Below, piece after piece: positions 16,871 to 26,075 of a stretch of DNA of 47,242 nucleotides (position 1 is its first letter; each line of letters opens with the position of its first letter). Source of the stretch: Chloroflexota bacterium (GTDB lineage: Bacteria; Chloroflexota; Limnocylindria; Limnocylindrales; CSP1-4). The position numbers and the translations under genes were made by a program. The stretch spans positions 1 to 47,242 of the forward strand of contig JBBEBL010000273.1 in NCBI GenBank assembly GCA_040882345.1, given 5' to 3'. The notes under the pieces are model-generated. The model was given only the letters and a program-made list of their open reading frames with translations, made no database searches and was not told the DNA's origin.

Positions 16871-18985
16871 TTCCGCGGCCTGGTCCCGGGCCGTCTCGGC
16901 TGCCTGCCGGTCTGCCGCGGCGCCGTCGGGATCGATCGATGAGGCAAGGTCGGCGGCTCGCGTCCAGAACGCTGCGGCCTCTGTCGCGGCGCCCATCGTC
17001 AGCGCCGACCTCGCCGCTTCGCGCAGGAGTGGGAGCGCGCGCGCCGCATCCCCTGCCGCGGCGCGGTGGGCGGCCAGCTGCTCGATCGGCACGCCACCAC
17101 CTCCTCCTTCCAGCCGGTCTGCCAGCCTCTCGTGCAGGACACGCCGGCGGCTCGCCAGGAGGCCGGCGTAGGCGGCGTCGTGGATGAGCGCGTGGGCGAA
17201 CCGCCACTCACCATCGCCCACTTGGAGGATGATCGCGGCGTCCGCGAGGCGCTCCAGCACGTCGGGTGCCGGTGGCTCGTCCAGCAGGTCGGCGAGGGTC
17301 GCCGCCCGGAACCGGAACCCGATGACGGATGCCACGCCGACGGCCTCGCGCGCTGCCGGATCGAGCGCGTCGATGCGCGCCCCCAGGATGGCGCGCAAGG
17401 TCACCGGCACGTGCGAATCGACCGTGCCGACCATGCCCACCCGACCGTCGCGGAGCGCCATCGTCCCGTCCTCCAGGAACGCGCGAACGGTCTCGCTCAC
17501 GAACAGCGGGTTGCCGCCCGTTCGCTCGTGGATGTGGCGTGCCCCCGCAGCGTCCACCGCGGCGCGCGCGACGAGCGTCGCCAACTGGGCGGTCTCGGGC
17601 GCCTCGAGCCCGCGGAGGGTGATGCACGCGACGTTCGGCCGGTCCACCCAGGCCGGGAGATCGCCCGACCGGGTGCCGGCGAAGACGACCAGCGGATACC
17701 GCCCGGTCGCCTCGACGATCAGCTCGATGAGTCCGACGCTGGACGGATCCTGCCAGTGGAGGTCGTCGATGACGACCACCCGCGGACCCGTCGTCGACAG
17801 GATGCGCTCCAGGTAGCCGGCCGCGACGTCGCTCAGCGTCGCCGCGATCTCCGTGGGATCGGACGGCATGTCCGTCGCCTCCGCCTCCCAGCCCGAGAAC
17901 GAGGCGTCGCGCGCGATCGCGGCGATGGCACCCCCGTAGCGCCGGACCGTGGCCGGATCCGTCTCATCCGTGAACACGAGGCGTCGCACGAGCGTGCCTG
18001 AGTCCACGCCCTGCTCGTCCGCCATCGCCTGGGCGAACAGACGGGCGTAGCGGTACGGTTCGCCCCGGCCATACGACACGTTCTCCGTCCACGTCCAGCG
18101 GAACCCACGGTCCGTGGCCACGGGTTCCAGTTCGGCCAGCAGGCGCGACTTGCCGACGCCCGCCTCGCCGACGACGATGACCGTGCTGCCCGTCCCGGTG
18201 CGACGGCATCGTTCGATCGCCTCGACCAGGATCGCCACTTCACTCGTCCTGCCCACAAGCGCCCCGGAAGCGGCTGTCCGGTGCAGGACCCACGGGCCCA
18301 TCCCGGCCTCCCCGTGCACCCTGTGCAGCTCGACCGCGACCGACTGTCCCCGCAGGATGACCGAGCCGGCGGGCTCGGTCGCCAGCCGGCCGCGCGCGGC
18401 GCGCAGGGTCGCGTCGTCGATGAGGATCTCGCCCGGCCGGGCGAGGGACTGGATCCGCGCCGCCGTGGTGATGGCCTCGCCGGTCAGGCCAAGGTCACCG
18501 TGGATCGCCGGCCGACCTCCGGACGCCACCACCTCCCCGGTCGCGATGCCGGTGCGCACCTCCAGCGGCTCCGAGCCGTCGCCGAGATCCTGGAGACGGT
18601 CCCGGATGGCCAGCGCGGCGATCGCCGCACGGGCGGCATCGTCGTCGTGCGCTCTTGGCCAGCCGAAGACCGCGAACACGGCGTCCCCGATGAACTTCTC
18701 ACGCGTGCCGCCCAGGCCAGAGATCACATCCGACATCGTGGCCAGTGCCGCCGTCACGCGGGCGCGCACGACTTCAGGATCGTGCTCCGCGAGCATGCGG
18801 ACGTAGTCGACGAGATCGGCGAACAGCGCCGTCACGATGCGCCGATCGCCGGTCGCCGCGTCGCTCAGGCCGACGTCCGCTCCCGCAACCTGGTCTGCCC
18901 GCTCGCTGCCCGGCAGGGCGGCCCCGCACTGTCCGCAGAACCGCGCGTCGGCCGCCGATCGGGACCCGCACGACGCGCACCGCAC
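16862..18985 (-). CDS. Zinc-ribbon / class III adenylate-guanylate cyclase / AAA (STAND-type) ATPase / helical-repeat protein
   Basis: ORF 16862..18985, 707 aa, GTG start. The N-terminus CASCGSRSAADARFCGQCG has two CxxC pairs. Cyclase metal-Asp contexts are ALFADLVDY and FIGDAVFAVFG. Walker A is VVGEAGVGKS and Walker B is VVVIDDLHWQD. The C-terminus is Ala/Leu-rich and TPR-like. Confidence 0.85.
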   Translation of the reverse strand: MRCASCGSRSAADARFCGQCGAALPGSERADQVAGADVGLSDAATGDRRIVTALFADLVDYVRMLAEHDPEVVRARVTAALATMSDVISGLGGTREKFIGDAVFAVFGWPRAHDDDAARAAIAALAIRDRLQDLGDGSEPLEVRTGIATGEVVASGGRPAIHGDLGLTGEAITTAARIQSLARPGEILIDDATLRAARGRLATEPAGSVILRGQSVAVELHRVHGEAGMGPWVLHRTAASGALVGRTSEVAILVEAIERCRRTGTGSTVIVVGEAGVGKSRLLAELEPVATDRGFRWTWTENVSYGRGEPYRYARLFAQAMADEQGVDSGTLVRRLVFTDETDPATVRRYGGAIAAIARDASFSGWEAEATDMPSDPTEIAATLSDVAAGYLERILSTTGPRVVVIDDLHWQDPSSVGLIELIVEATGRYPLVVFAGTRSGDLPAWVDRPNVACITLRGLEAPETAQLATLVARAAVDAAGARHIHERTGGNPLFVSETVRAFLEDGTMALRDGRVGMVGTVDSHVPVTLRAILGARIDALDPAAREAVGVASVIGFRFRAATLADLLDEPPAPDVLERLADAAIILQVGDGEWRFAHALIHDAAYAGLLASRRRVLHERLADRLEGGGGGVPIEQLAAHRAAAGDAARALPLLREAARSALTMGAATEAAAFWTRAADLASSIDPDGAAADRQAAETARDQAAERG

Positions 18986-19001
18986 GGCGGGCCCCCGGCC
19001 G

Positions 19002-20081
19002 TCAGGAGATCGTCAGGAGGGGTCGCGCCTCGGCGTTCGCCGCGCGGACGCTCATCCGTGCCGCGACGGTGCTGGCGACCGCGCTGAGTGCCCGAGCGGC
19101 CGGCCCGGGTTCGCGCTGAGCCACGGCGGGGACGCCGACATCGCCGCCCTGACGGACGGTGATATCGAGGGGCACGCCACCCAGGTACTCGAGTCCGTGT
19201 TCCGTGGCGAAGCGCTCCCCGCCGCCTCGCCCGAAGATCTCCGTCAGTTCGCCACAGTGCGGGCACGCGAAGGCCGTCATGTTCTCCACGATCCCGAGGA
19301 CAGGAACGCTGAGGCGCTGGAACATGGCCAAGGCCTTGCCAACGTCCGACAGGGAGACTTCCTGCGGCGTCGTGACGAGCACCGCCCCGCTGATCGGCAC
19401 GGCCTGGGCAAGGGTCAGCTGCGCGTCGGACGTGCCGGGCGGCAGGTCGATGACGAGGTAATCCAGGTCACCCCAGTCCACATCGCGCAGGAACTGCTGG
19501 ATGGCCCCACCCACGAGCGGACCGCGCCACACGATGGGCTGGCCTTCCGGGACGAAGAACTGGATGGAGATGAGCTTCACCCCGTGCCGCTCCAGCGGCA
19601 GGATCTTGTTGTCCGGACTGGCTTTCGGCTGGCCCTGGGCGCCCATCATCATGGGGATGTTGGGGCCGGTGATATCGCCGTCGAGGAGACCGACGCTCGC
19701 GCCCGCCTGAGCCAGCGCGACCGCCAGGTTGACGCTCACGGTGCTCTTCCCCACCCCACCCTTGCCGGATGCGACGGCGATGATGTTCTTGACCCCGGGA
19801 ACGAGCTGTTCCGCCTGCCGCGGCTGGGCCCGCCGGACCATCGCCCCCCAGGTGATCTCGACCTTGTCGATGCCGATCCCCGAGAGGACGCTGCGGGTGT
19901 TTCCCTCGATCTCGTCCTTGAGCGGGCAGGCCGGCGTGGTCAGCTCGATGGTGAACGCGACCGCGTCCCCAGCGATGACGATCGACTTGACCATGTCCAG
20001 GGTCACGATATCGCGGCCGAGCTCGGGCTCCTGGACGTTGCGGAGGGCGTCAAGGACGGCTCCCTCGGTGATGGCGGTCAT
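19002..20081 (-). CDS. mrp: Fe-S cluster carrier ATPase Mrp/ApbC (DUF59 N-domain plus ParA-type P-loop)
   Basis: ORF 19002..20429 trimmed to the ATG at 20081: MTAITEGAVLDALRNVQEPELGRDIVTLDMV..., then the deviant Walker A VASGKGGVGKST and the CPHCGE CxxC motif. Confidence 0.9.
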   Translation of the reverse strand: MTAITEGAVLDALRNVQEPELGRDIVTLDMVKSIVIAGDAVAFTIELTTPACPLKDEIEGNTRSVLSGIGIDKVEITWGAMVRRAQPRQAEQLVPGVKNIIAVASGKGGVGKSTVSVNLAVALAQAGASVGLLDGDITGPNIPMMMGAQGQPKASPDNKILPLERHGVKLISIQFFVPEGQPIVWRGPLVGGAIQQFLRDVDWGDLDYLVIDLPPGTSDAQLTLAQAVPISGAVLVTTPQEVSLSDVGKALAMFQRLSVPVLGIVENMTAFACPHCGELTEIFGRGGGERFATEHGLEYLGGVPLDITVRQGGDVGVPAVAQREPGPAARALSAVASTVAARMSVRAANAEARPLLTIS

Positions 20082-20306
20082 GCGGCGGACGAACCTCGTT
20101 CTGGCACGGGATGTGTCGAAACGTATCCTACCCTGCCGCGCGCGGCGGGCCCCGCAGTCGCGGGCCCCAGGCTTGGGCGCGGCGTCCCGCGGCCGCCACG
20201 CGCCGCCACGCGGCCGCCAGCGGGCCCTGCGAACCGCGCGGGCGCCACGCCGGCGCAGTGCGAATCTCGCACGGCCCGCCGCCAGTGACCAGCGCTTCCC
20301 GCGTTC

Positions 20307-20335
20307 TTGACACTCCACCCGGGCGCCCATATGCT
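20307..20335 (+). promoter_or_regulatory. Predicted sigma70-type promoter of the pot operon
   Basis: TTGACA (20307..20312), 17 nt spacer, TATGCT (20330..20335). It would give a leader of about 110 nt before potA. Confidence 0.45.
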
Positions 20336-20452
20336 CGGCCGGTCCGGCTTCTTCCGAAGCCTGACGGTCCGTGCCACGGGAGGAGTGCGCGGGCCAGTCG
20401 CGGTCGCGTCCCACTGGATGCGCCCCCACCGGACGCAGGAGTGCGAACGAAC

Positions 20453-21562
20453 GTGCCCGCCGTCGACGTGAGGCTCGTGGATGTGGTCAAGCGGTTCGGC
20501 GAAGCCGTGGCCGTGGATCACATCAACCTCGAGGTGCAGGACGGGGAGTTCTTCAGCCTGCTGGGGCCGTCCGGCTGCGGCAAGACCACGACGCTGCGGA
20601 TGATCGGCGGTTTCGAGGAGCCGACGGCCGGCCTCATCGAACTCCAGGGCCAGGATGTCACGTGGCTTCCGCCCTACCAGCGCAACGTGAACACCGTGTT
20701 CCAGAGCTACGCCCTCTTCCCACACCTCTCCATCTTCGAGAACGTCGCCTTCGGATTGCGTCGTCGCAAGATCGCGGACGGGGAGGTGAAGTCGCGCGTG
20801 TCGGACATGCTCGCCCTCGTGGAGTTGCCGGGGTACGAACGCCGCAAGCCGAACCAGATCTCCGGCGGGCAGGCGCAGCGCGTCGCCCTGGCCCGTGCCC
20901 TCATCAATCGCCCGGCGGTGCTGCTCCTGGACGAGCCGCTTGGCGCGCTGGACCTGAAGCTCCGCCGCCAGATGCAGGTGGAGCTGAAGCGCATCCAGCA
21001 GGAGGTCGGCATCACGTTCATCTACGTGACCCACGACCAGGAGGAAGCGATGACGATGTCGGATCGCATCGCGGTCATGAACAAGGGCCGCTACGAGCAG
21101 CTCGGCGATCCGGCCAGCCTGTACGAACGCCCCACCACGCGGTTCGTCGCCGGGTTCCTGGGGGTCAGCAACCTGCTGCCGGGCACGGTGGAGGGCTCGG
21201 ACGATACGTACGCCACGATCCGACTCCCCGACGACACGCGCGTGCGTGCGCCCCGGGACCTCGTGGATGGCGACACGACGGTCAGCCTCGGCGTGCGGCC
21301 GGAGAAGATCCGCCTGCGCGAGACGGCCGACGACGTCCCGACCGGCCACAACGAGCTGAGCGGCATCGTCCGCGATGCGTCCTACCTTGGCGTCAGCACC
21401 CAGTATGAGATCGAGGCCCGCGGCGGCGCGCGATTGACGGTCTACGAGCAGAACGTCGAGCGAGCCTCGCGGAGCGAACTCTGGACGCCCGGCGAAGAGG
21501 TCCGGCTCACCTGGTCCCCCGACCACAGTTTCATCGTCCACGACGAACCAGCGAGCGCCTGA
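20453..21562 (+). CDS. potA: Spermidine/putrescine ABC transporter ATP-binding protein
   Basis: ORF 20111..21562 trimmed to the GTG at 20453; the in-frame GTG at 20441 is an alternative. An AGGAG lies just upstream. Walker A is GPSGCGKTT, the signature motif is ISGGQAQR, and Walker B is LLLDEP. A PotA-type TOBE C-domain is present. Confidence 0.9.
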   Translation: MPAVDVRLVDVVKRFGEAVAVDHINLEVQDGEFFSLLGPSGCGKTTTLRMIGGFEEPTAGLIELQGQDVTWLPPYQRNVNTVFQSYALFPHLSIFENVAFGLRRRKIADGEVKSRVSDMLALVELPGYERRKPNQISGGQAQRVALARALINRPAVLLLDEPLGALDLKLRRQMQVELKRIQQEVGITFIYVTHDQEEAMTMSDRIAVMNKGRYEQLGDPASLYERPTTRFVAGFLGVSNLLPGTVEGSDDTYATIRLPDDTRVRAPRDLVDGDTTVSLGVRPEKIRLRETADDVPTGHNELSGIVRDASYLGVSTQYEIEARGGARLTVYEQNVERASRSELWTPGEEVRLTWSPDHSFIVHDEPASA

Positions 21563-21598
21563 GCCGCGCTCCAAGTCCACCCCACGGAGGAGAACGAG

Positions 21599-22810
21599 AT
21601 GACCGACCAGTCCAGCTTCATGAGTCCCTTCACCCGCCGACGGTTCCTCGTCGGCACGACGCTGACCGGCGCCGCCGCTTTCCTGTCCGCGTGTGGGACG
21701 AGCGGAACCGCCACGGGAACCCCGTCGCCGACGGACGCGCCTCCCACGGACGGCGCTCCCACACCACCGCCGGTCGATCAAACGCCGTCTGCCGAACTCA
21801 ACTTCGCGAACTGGCCGCTGTACATCGATACGGACGACGAAGACAGCACGAAGCACAAGACGCTGGAGGACTTCACGGCCGAGTTCGGGACCGTCGTGAA
21901 GTACGCCGAGGTCATCAACGACAACAACGAGTTCTTCGGCACGATCAAGGCGCCGCTGGAGGCCGGTCAGGACACCGGCTGGGACATCGTCGTCCTGACC
22001 CAATGGATGGCGGCCCGGATCATCCGCCTGGGCTGGGCGGAGAAGATGGACCTGGCCAATGTCCCGACCTACATCGCGAACGTCGAGGACGCGTACGTGG
22101 CCCCGGACTTCGACCCGAACAACGAGTTCCATGCGCCATGGCAGGCGGGCATGACCGGCCTCGGCTTCGACAGCGCCGTGACGGGCGCACTGACCAGCTC
22201 AGCGGCGCTCTGGGATCCGCAGTGGTCGGGCCGCGTCACCTACCTGTCGGAGATGCGCGACGCGGTCGGCCTGACCCTCCAGAAGCTGGGCTACGACCCG
22301 AGTGCGGTCACGACGGCCCAATTCGACGAGGCCATCGCCGAGATGAAGTCCGCCGTGGACGCCGGCATCGTGCGTGCGTTCACCGGCAACGACTACGCGG
22401 AAGACATGGTCGCCGGCAACGTCGTCGTGGCGATGGCCTGGTCCGGCGACATCATCCAGAAGGCGCTGGAACGCGAGACGCTGCAGTTCGCGATCCCGGA
22501 CGAGGGCGGGTCGCTGTGGTACGACAACATGCTCATCCCCAAGGGCGCGGCCAACAAGTACACCGCGGAGTTGTTCATCGACTTCGTGTACCGCCCGGAC
22601 ATCGCGGCCCAGATCGCCGCGTGGGTGAACTACATCGTGCCGGTCAAGGGCGCGCGCGAGGAGCTGGCCAAGATCGACCAGGAGCTCGCCGACAACGTCC
22701 TCATCTTCCCGACCGCGGAGATGCTCGCCAAGGTCAAGCGCTTCAAGTCGCTGACCGAGGAGGAGGAGACCTACTTCAACGACGAGTTCTCCAACCTGAC
22801 CGGCGTCTGA
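21599..22810 (+). CDS. potD: Polyamine (spermidine/putrescine)-type ABC substrate-binding lipoprotein
   Basis: ORF 21599..22810. A Tat-like signal (TRRRFLVGTTLTGAAAFLSAC) ends in a lipobox Cys. The body is PotD/PotF-like. The gene lies between potA and the permease genes. Confidence 0.8.
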   Translation: MTDQSSFMSPFTRRRFLVGTTLTGAAAFLSACGTSGTATGTPSPTDAPPTDGAPTPPPVDQTPSAELNFANWPLYIDTDDEDSTKHKTLEDFTAEFGTVVKYAEVINDNNEFFGTIKAPLEAGQDTGWDIVVLTQWMAARIIRLGWAEKMDLANVPTYIANVEDAYVAPDFDPNNEFHAPWQAGMTGLGFDSAVTGALTSSAALWDPQWSGRVTYLSEMRDAVGLTLQKLGYDPSAVTTAQFDEAIAEMKSAVDAGIVRAFTGNDYAEDMVAGNVVVAMAWSGDIIQKALERETLQFAIPDEGGSLWYDNMLIPKGAANKYTAELFIDFVYRPDIAAQIAAWVNYIVPVKGAREELAKIDQELADNVLIFPTAEMLAKVKRFKSLTEEEETYFNDEFSNLTGV

Positions 22811-22847
22811 CGACCCGGACCTACTGACCCGGGACGTCGGAGGACGC

Positions 22848-23864
22848 GTGGGCGCCTTCCTGCACCGCCACAGGGGGTCGATCCCGTATCTGCTGCTGGC
22901 CCCCGGCCTGCTGTGGCTGGCGGTGTTCTACGTGTACCCGGCGTTCCAGATGTTCATCACGTCGTTCTGGACCGGGTCGCTCGAGACCGGATTCACGTTC
23001 TCCCTGGAGAACTGGACGACCTATCCGCAGGCGCTCGACCGCTACTCGGAGCAGTTCGGCCGATCGCTGCTGTACGCGGGCGCGGCGACCATCCTCACCC
23101 TGCTCATCGCCTATCCGCTGGCCTACGCGATCGCGTTCCGGGGCGGCCGCTTCCGGAACCTGATGCTGTTCATGGTCGTCGCGCCGTTCTTCACGAGCTT
23201 CCTGCTGCGGACCGTGAGCTGGAAGATCATCCTGGGCGATGACGGCATCCTCCTGGGGCCGCTCAAGGAGCTGGACCTGGTCGCCGCCAACTTCCGGGTC
23301 CTGGCGACGCCCATCGCCGTGATCTCCGGGATCACCTACAACTTCCTGCCGTTCATGACCCTGCCCATCTATGTCTCGCTGGAGAAGGTGGACCGGCGCC
23401 TCACGGAGGCCGCCGAGGACCTGTACGCCGGGCCGTGGCGTCCTGGCGGGACCATCGCGGGGGCCGGCGTCGGGGCACTCCTGTTCGCGATCCTCGGCTT
23501 CGCGTTCAACCTTGAGGTGCCCATCGTCGCCGCGGTGGGCGCGGCCGCGGGGGCCGTGGTCGGCACGCTGTTCCTGTCCGAGTCGTTCATGCGCGTGACC
23601 CTGCCGTTGTCTCTGCCCGGCGTGTTCGCGGGCTCCCTCCTCGTGCTGATCCCCGCCCTGGGCGATTACGTGAACGCCGCGCTGCTGGGCAATCCCAGCA
23701 CGAACATGATCGGCAACGTCATCCAGAGCCGGTTCCTGACCAACGCCGACTACCCGACGGCCTCTGCCCTGAGCTTCATCCTCATGGTCGGGATCCTCGC
23801 GGCGGTCGCCGTCTATGCCCGCCTGCTGGGGACCGAGAACCTGACTGCCGCGCGAGGCGTCTGA
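22848..23864 (+). CDS. potB: Polyamine ABC transporter permease
   Basis: ORF 22848..23864, GTG start after a GGAGGA SD. It is polytopic and has an EAAEDLYAG (EAA-loop) motif. Confidence 0.85.
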   Translation: MGAFLHRHRGSIPYLLLAPGLLWLAVFYVYPAFQMFITSFWTGSLETGFTFSLENWTTYPQALDRYSEQFGRSLLYAGAATILTLLIAYPLAYAIAFRGGRFRNLMLFMVVAPFFTSFLLRTVSWKIILGDDGILLGPLKELDLVAANFRVLATPIAVISGITYNFLPFMTLPIYVSLEKVDRRLTEAAEDLYAGPWRPGGTIAGAGVGALLFAILGFAFNLEVPIVAAVGAAAGAVVGTLFLSESFMRVTLPLSLPGVFAGSLLVLIPALGDYVNAALLGNPSTNMIGNVIQSRFLTNADYPTASALSFILMVGILAAVAVYARLLGTENLTAARGV

Positions 23865-23865
23865 G

Positions 23866-24714
23866 ATGACCGCTCCGGCGATGACCGTCGGCCACGCCCG
23901 ACCGGTCGGCGACCGCATCCGGCGCTTCCTGGACCGCTACCTGCTTGGGCTGTACGCGGTCCTGGCGATCGCCTACTTGATGCTGCCGGTCGCGGTCATC
24001 GCCCTCTTCTCGTTCAACGACCCGGTGGGCCGCAGCAACTTCGCGTGGCGAGGCTTCACGCTCCAATACTGGCTTGACCCGTTCGGCGTCCCAGGTCTGG
24101 GCGACGCGGTCCTGACCAGCCTGCGCATCGCGGTCATGTCCACGATCGTGGCGACCGCCCTCGGCACGCTGATCGCCCTCGCTCTCGTTCGCTATCAGTT
24201 CCGTGGCTCGAACCCGGCGAACCTGCTCATCTTCCTGCCGATGGCCACGCCGGAGATCGTCCTCGGCGCGTCACTGCTGACGATGTTCGTGGCCATCAGC
24301 CGACCGCCGTTCTTCCCGCTCAACGAACTGACCATCCTCATCGCCCACATCATGTTCAACATCAGCTTCGTCGTCGTGACCGTGCGGGCCCGACTGTCCG
24401 GCCTTGACCGCCACCTGGAGGAGGCGGCGATGGACCTGGGCGCCACGGAGTGGGTCACGTTCTGGCGGATCACCTTCCCGCTCATCCTGCCGGGCATCAT
24501 GGCGGCAGCCATGCTCGCGTTCAGCCTGTCCATCGACGACTTCGTCATCACCAACTTCACGGCCGGCAGGACGGTGACCTTCCCGATGTACATCTGGGGC
24601 GCCGCGCGCATCGGTATCCCGGTCCAGGTCAACGTGATCGGAACGGCCATCTTCGTCATCGCCGTGGGGCTGGTGGCCCTCTCCGTCGTCTTCCAGCGAC
24701 GCGGGAACCGCTGA
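23866..24714 (+). CDS. potC: Polyamine ABC transporter permease
   Basis: ORF 23866..24714. It starts 1 nt after the potB stop and has an EAAMDLGAT EAA-loop. Confidence 0.85.
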   Translation: MTAPAMTVGHARPVGDRIRRFLDRYLLGLYAVLAIAYLMLPVAVIALFSFNDPVGRSNFAWRGFTLQYWLDPFGVPGLGDAVLTSLRIAVMSTIVATALGTLIALALVRYQFRGSNPANLLIFLPMATPEIVLGASLLTMFVAISRPPFFPLNELTILIAHIMFNISFVVVTVRARLSGLDRHLEEAAMDLGATEWVTFWRITFPLILPGIMAAAMLAFSLSIDDFVITNFTAGRTVTFPMYIWGAARIGIPVQVNVIGTAIFVIAVGLVALSVVFQRRGNR

Positions 24715-26009
24715 TGTCGGCTCCCCTGCCCGGCCACGAGGTCGTCCCGGCCGTCTGGGGCCGGATCACGAACCTGGACGTGGACCGCGGCGAGGGATCG
24801 TGGCTCATCACCCGCGACGGTGAGCGGTACCTCGACTACACGTCCGGGATCGGCGTGACGAACACGGGGCACGCGCATCCCAGGGTCGCGGCCGCCGTGG
24901 CCGCCCAGGCTCACAAGCTGCTCCACGGCCAGCAGAACATCCTGTACCACGAGCCCGGATTGCGACTGTACGAACGGCTGCCGGGACTGCTGCCGGGCGG
25001 CCCGTACCAGGCCTTCCTCTCCAACTCCGGTGCGGAGGCCGTGGAGGCGGCCGTCAAGCTGGCGCGCGTCGCCACCGGGCGGCCGGCCATCCTTGCGTTC
25101 CGCTATGGATACCACGGGCGCACCGCCCAGACGATGGCCCTGACGACCGCCAAGGACGTCTACCGCGCGGCCTTCGAGCCGCTCCCCGGCAGCGTCTATC
25201 ACACGGCCTACCCGTACTGCTATCGAGCGCCGGGTGGCCCACATGCCCCCAGCGCCTGCACGTGCGACTGGGAGGCCCAGCTGGACCTCACCTTCCACCA
25301 GTTCATCTACCCGGAGCGGGTCGCCGGGATCATCATCGAGCCGGTGCTTGGCGAGGGCGGCTACGTCGTCCCGCCGCCGGGGTTCCTCCCCCGCCTGCGG
25401 GAGATCGCAACGCGGCACGGCATCCTGCTCATCGCTGATGAGGTGCAGACCGGGTTCGGGCGGACCGGCGAGATGTTCGCGGTCCGCCACTGGGACGTGG
25501 AGCCGGACATCCTGGTCATGGCCAAGGGCATCGCGTCCGGACTGCCCCTGTCCGGCATCCTGGCGCGGCGGGATCTCATGGCGCACTGGAAGCCCGGCAC
25601 CCACGGTGGCACGTACGGTGGCAACGTCGTCTCCTGTGCTGCGGCCAACGCCACGTTGGACGTCATCGCCGATGAGGGTCTGGTGGCCAATGCGCGGGAG
25701 CGGGGAGACCAGTTCCTCACCGGCCTCCGCGCGCTCAAGGACCGTCATCCGGCGATCGGTGACGCGCGCGGCCTCGGCCTGATGGTCGCCATCGAGCTGG
25801 TCAAGCCGGGCGTTGCGGACGGCCGGACGCCGGACCCGGACCTGACCAAGCGGATCCAGGCCGAGGCCTTCAGGCGTGGCCTGCTGGTGTTGACCGCCGG
25901 CACGTACGTCAACGTCATCCGGATCATCCCGCCGCTCGTGACGACCGCTGCCGAGGTGGACCAGGCCCTCGCCATCCTCGATGAGTCGCTGACTGCGGCC
26001 GGCAGCTGA
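24714..26009 (+). CDS. Class III PLP-dependent aminotransferase (GabT / putrescine-aminotransferase-like)
   Basis: ORF 24450..26009 trimmed to the ATG at 24714, which forms a TGATG overlap with the potC stop. DYTSGIGVTNTGHAHP, ADEVQTGFGRTG and DILVMAKGIASG (PLP Lys context) are present. Confidence 0.85.
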   Translation: MSAPLPGHEVVPAVWGRITNLDVDRGEGSWLITRDGERYLDYTSGIGVTNTGHAHPRVAAAVAAQAHKLLHGQQNILYHEPGLRLYERLPGLLPGGPYQAFLSNSGAEAVEAAVKLARVATGRPAILAFRYGYHGRTAQTMALTTAKDVYRAAFEPLPGSVYHTAYPYCYRAPGGPHAPSACTCDWEAQLDLTFHQFIYPERVAGIIIEPVLGEGGYVVPPPGFLPRLREIATRHGILLIADEVQTGFGRTGEMFAVRHWDVEPDILVMAKGIASGLPLSGILARRDLMAHWKPGTHGGTYGGNVVSCAAANATLDVIADEGLVANARERGDQFLTGLRALKDRHPAIGDARGLGLMVAIELVKPGVADGRTPDPDLTKRIQAEAFRRGLLVLTAGTYVNVIRIIPPLVTTAAEVDQALAILDESLTAAGS

Positions 26010-26016
26010 GGCGCGG

Positions 26017-26036
26017 CGCCCAGAGCCCCCTGGGCG
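26017..26036 (+). terminator. Hairpin after the aminotransferase gene (CGCCCAG-N6-CTGGGCG)
   Basis: Perfect 7-bp inverted repeat starting 8 nt after the stop codon. Confidence 0.4.
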
Positions 26037-26075
26037 GTATCCCGGACCCGCGCCCTGCACCTTTGCCCAGATCGC

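Noticed and set aside
19002-20081. Mrp/ApbC as a dedicated hydrogenase maturation factor (HypB-like).
   Set aside because: The architecture (DUF59 plus ParA-type P-loop plus CxxC) is that of the general Fe-S carrier. The gene is 7 kb from the hyf operon, on the far side of unrelated genes. No other hyp genes are nearby.
20078-22132. 684-aa minus-strand ORF. There are many similar long antisense ORFs: 5706..7109, 8445..9860, 10750..12108, 13595..14935, 18837..20288, 22821..23918, 24195..26114, 29111..30361, 30799..32577, 33962..35443, 37726..39096, 39730..41115, 41353..43614, 43672..45186, 44904..46247.
   Set aside because: Each lies opposite a gene with clear family signatures (PotA/PotD, hyf subunits, CinA, Mrp, Xfp and others). 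Each translates to low-complexity Arg/Asp/Gly/Pro-rich sequence. The absence of stops is expected in the antisense frames of GC3-rich genes.
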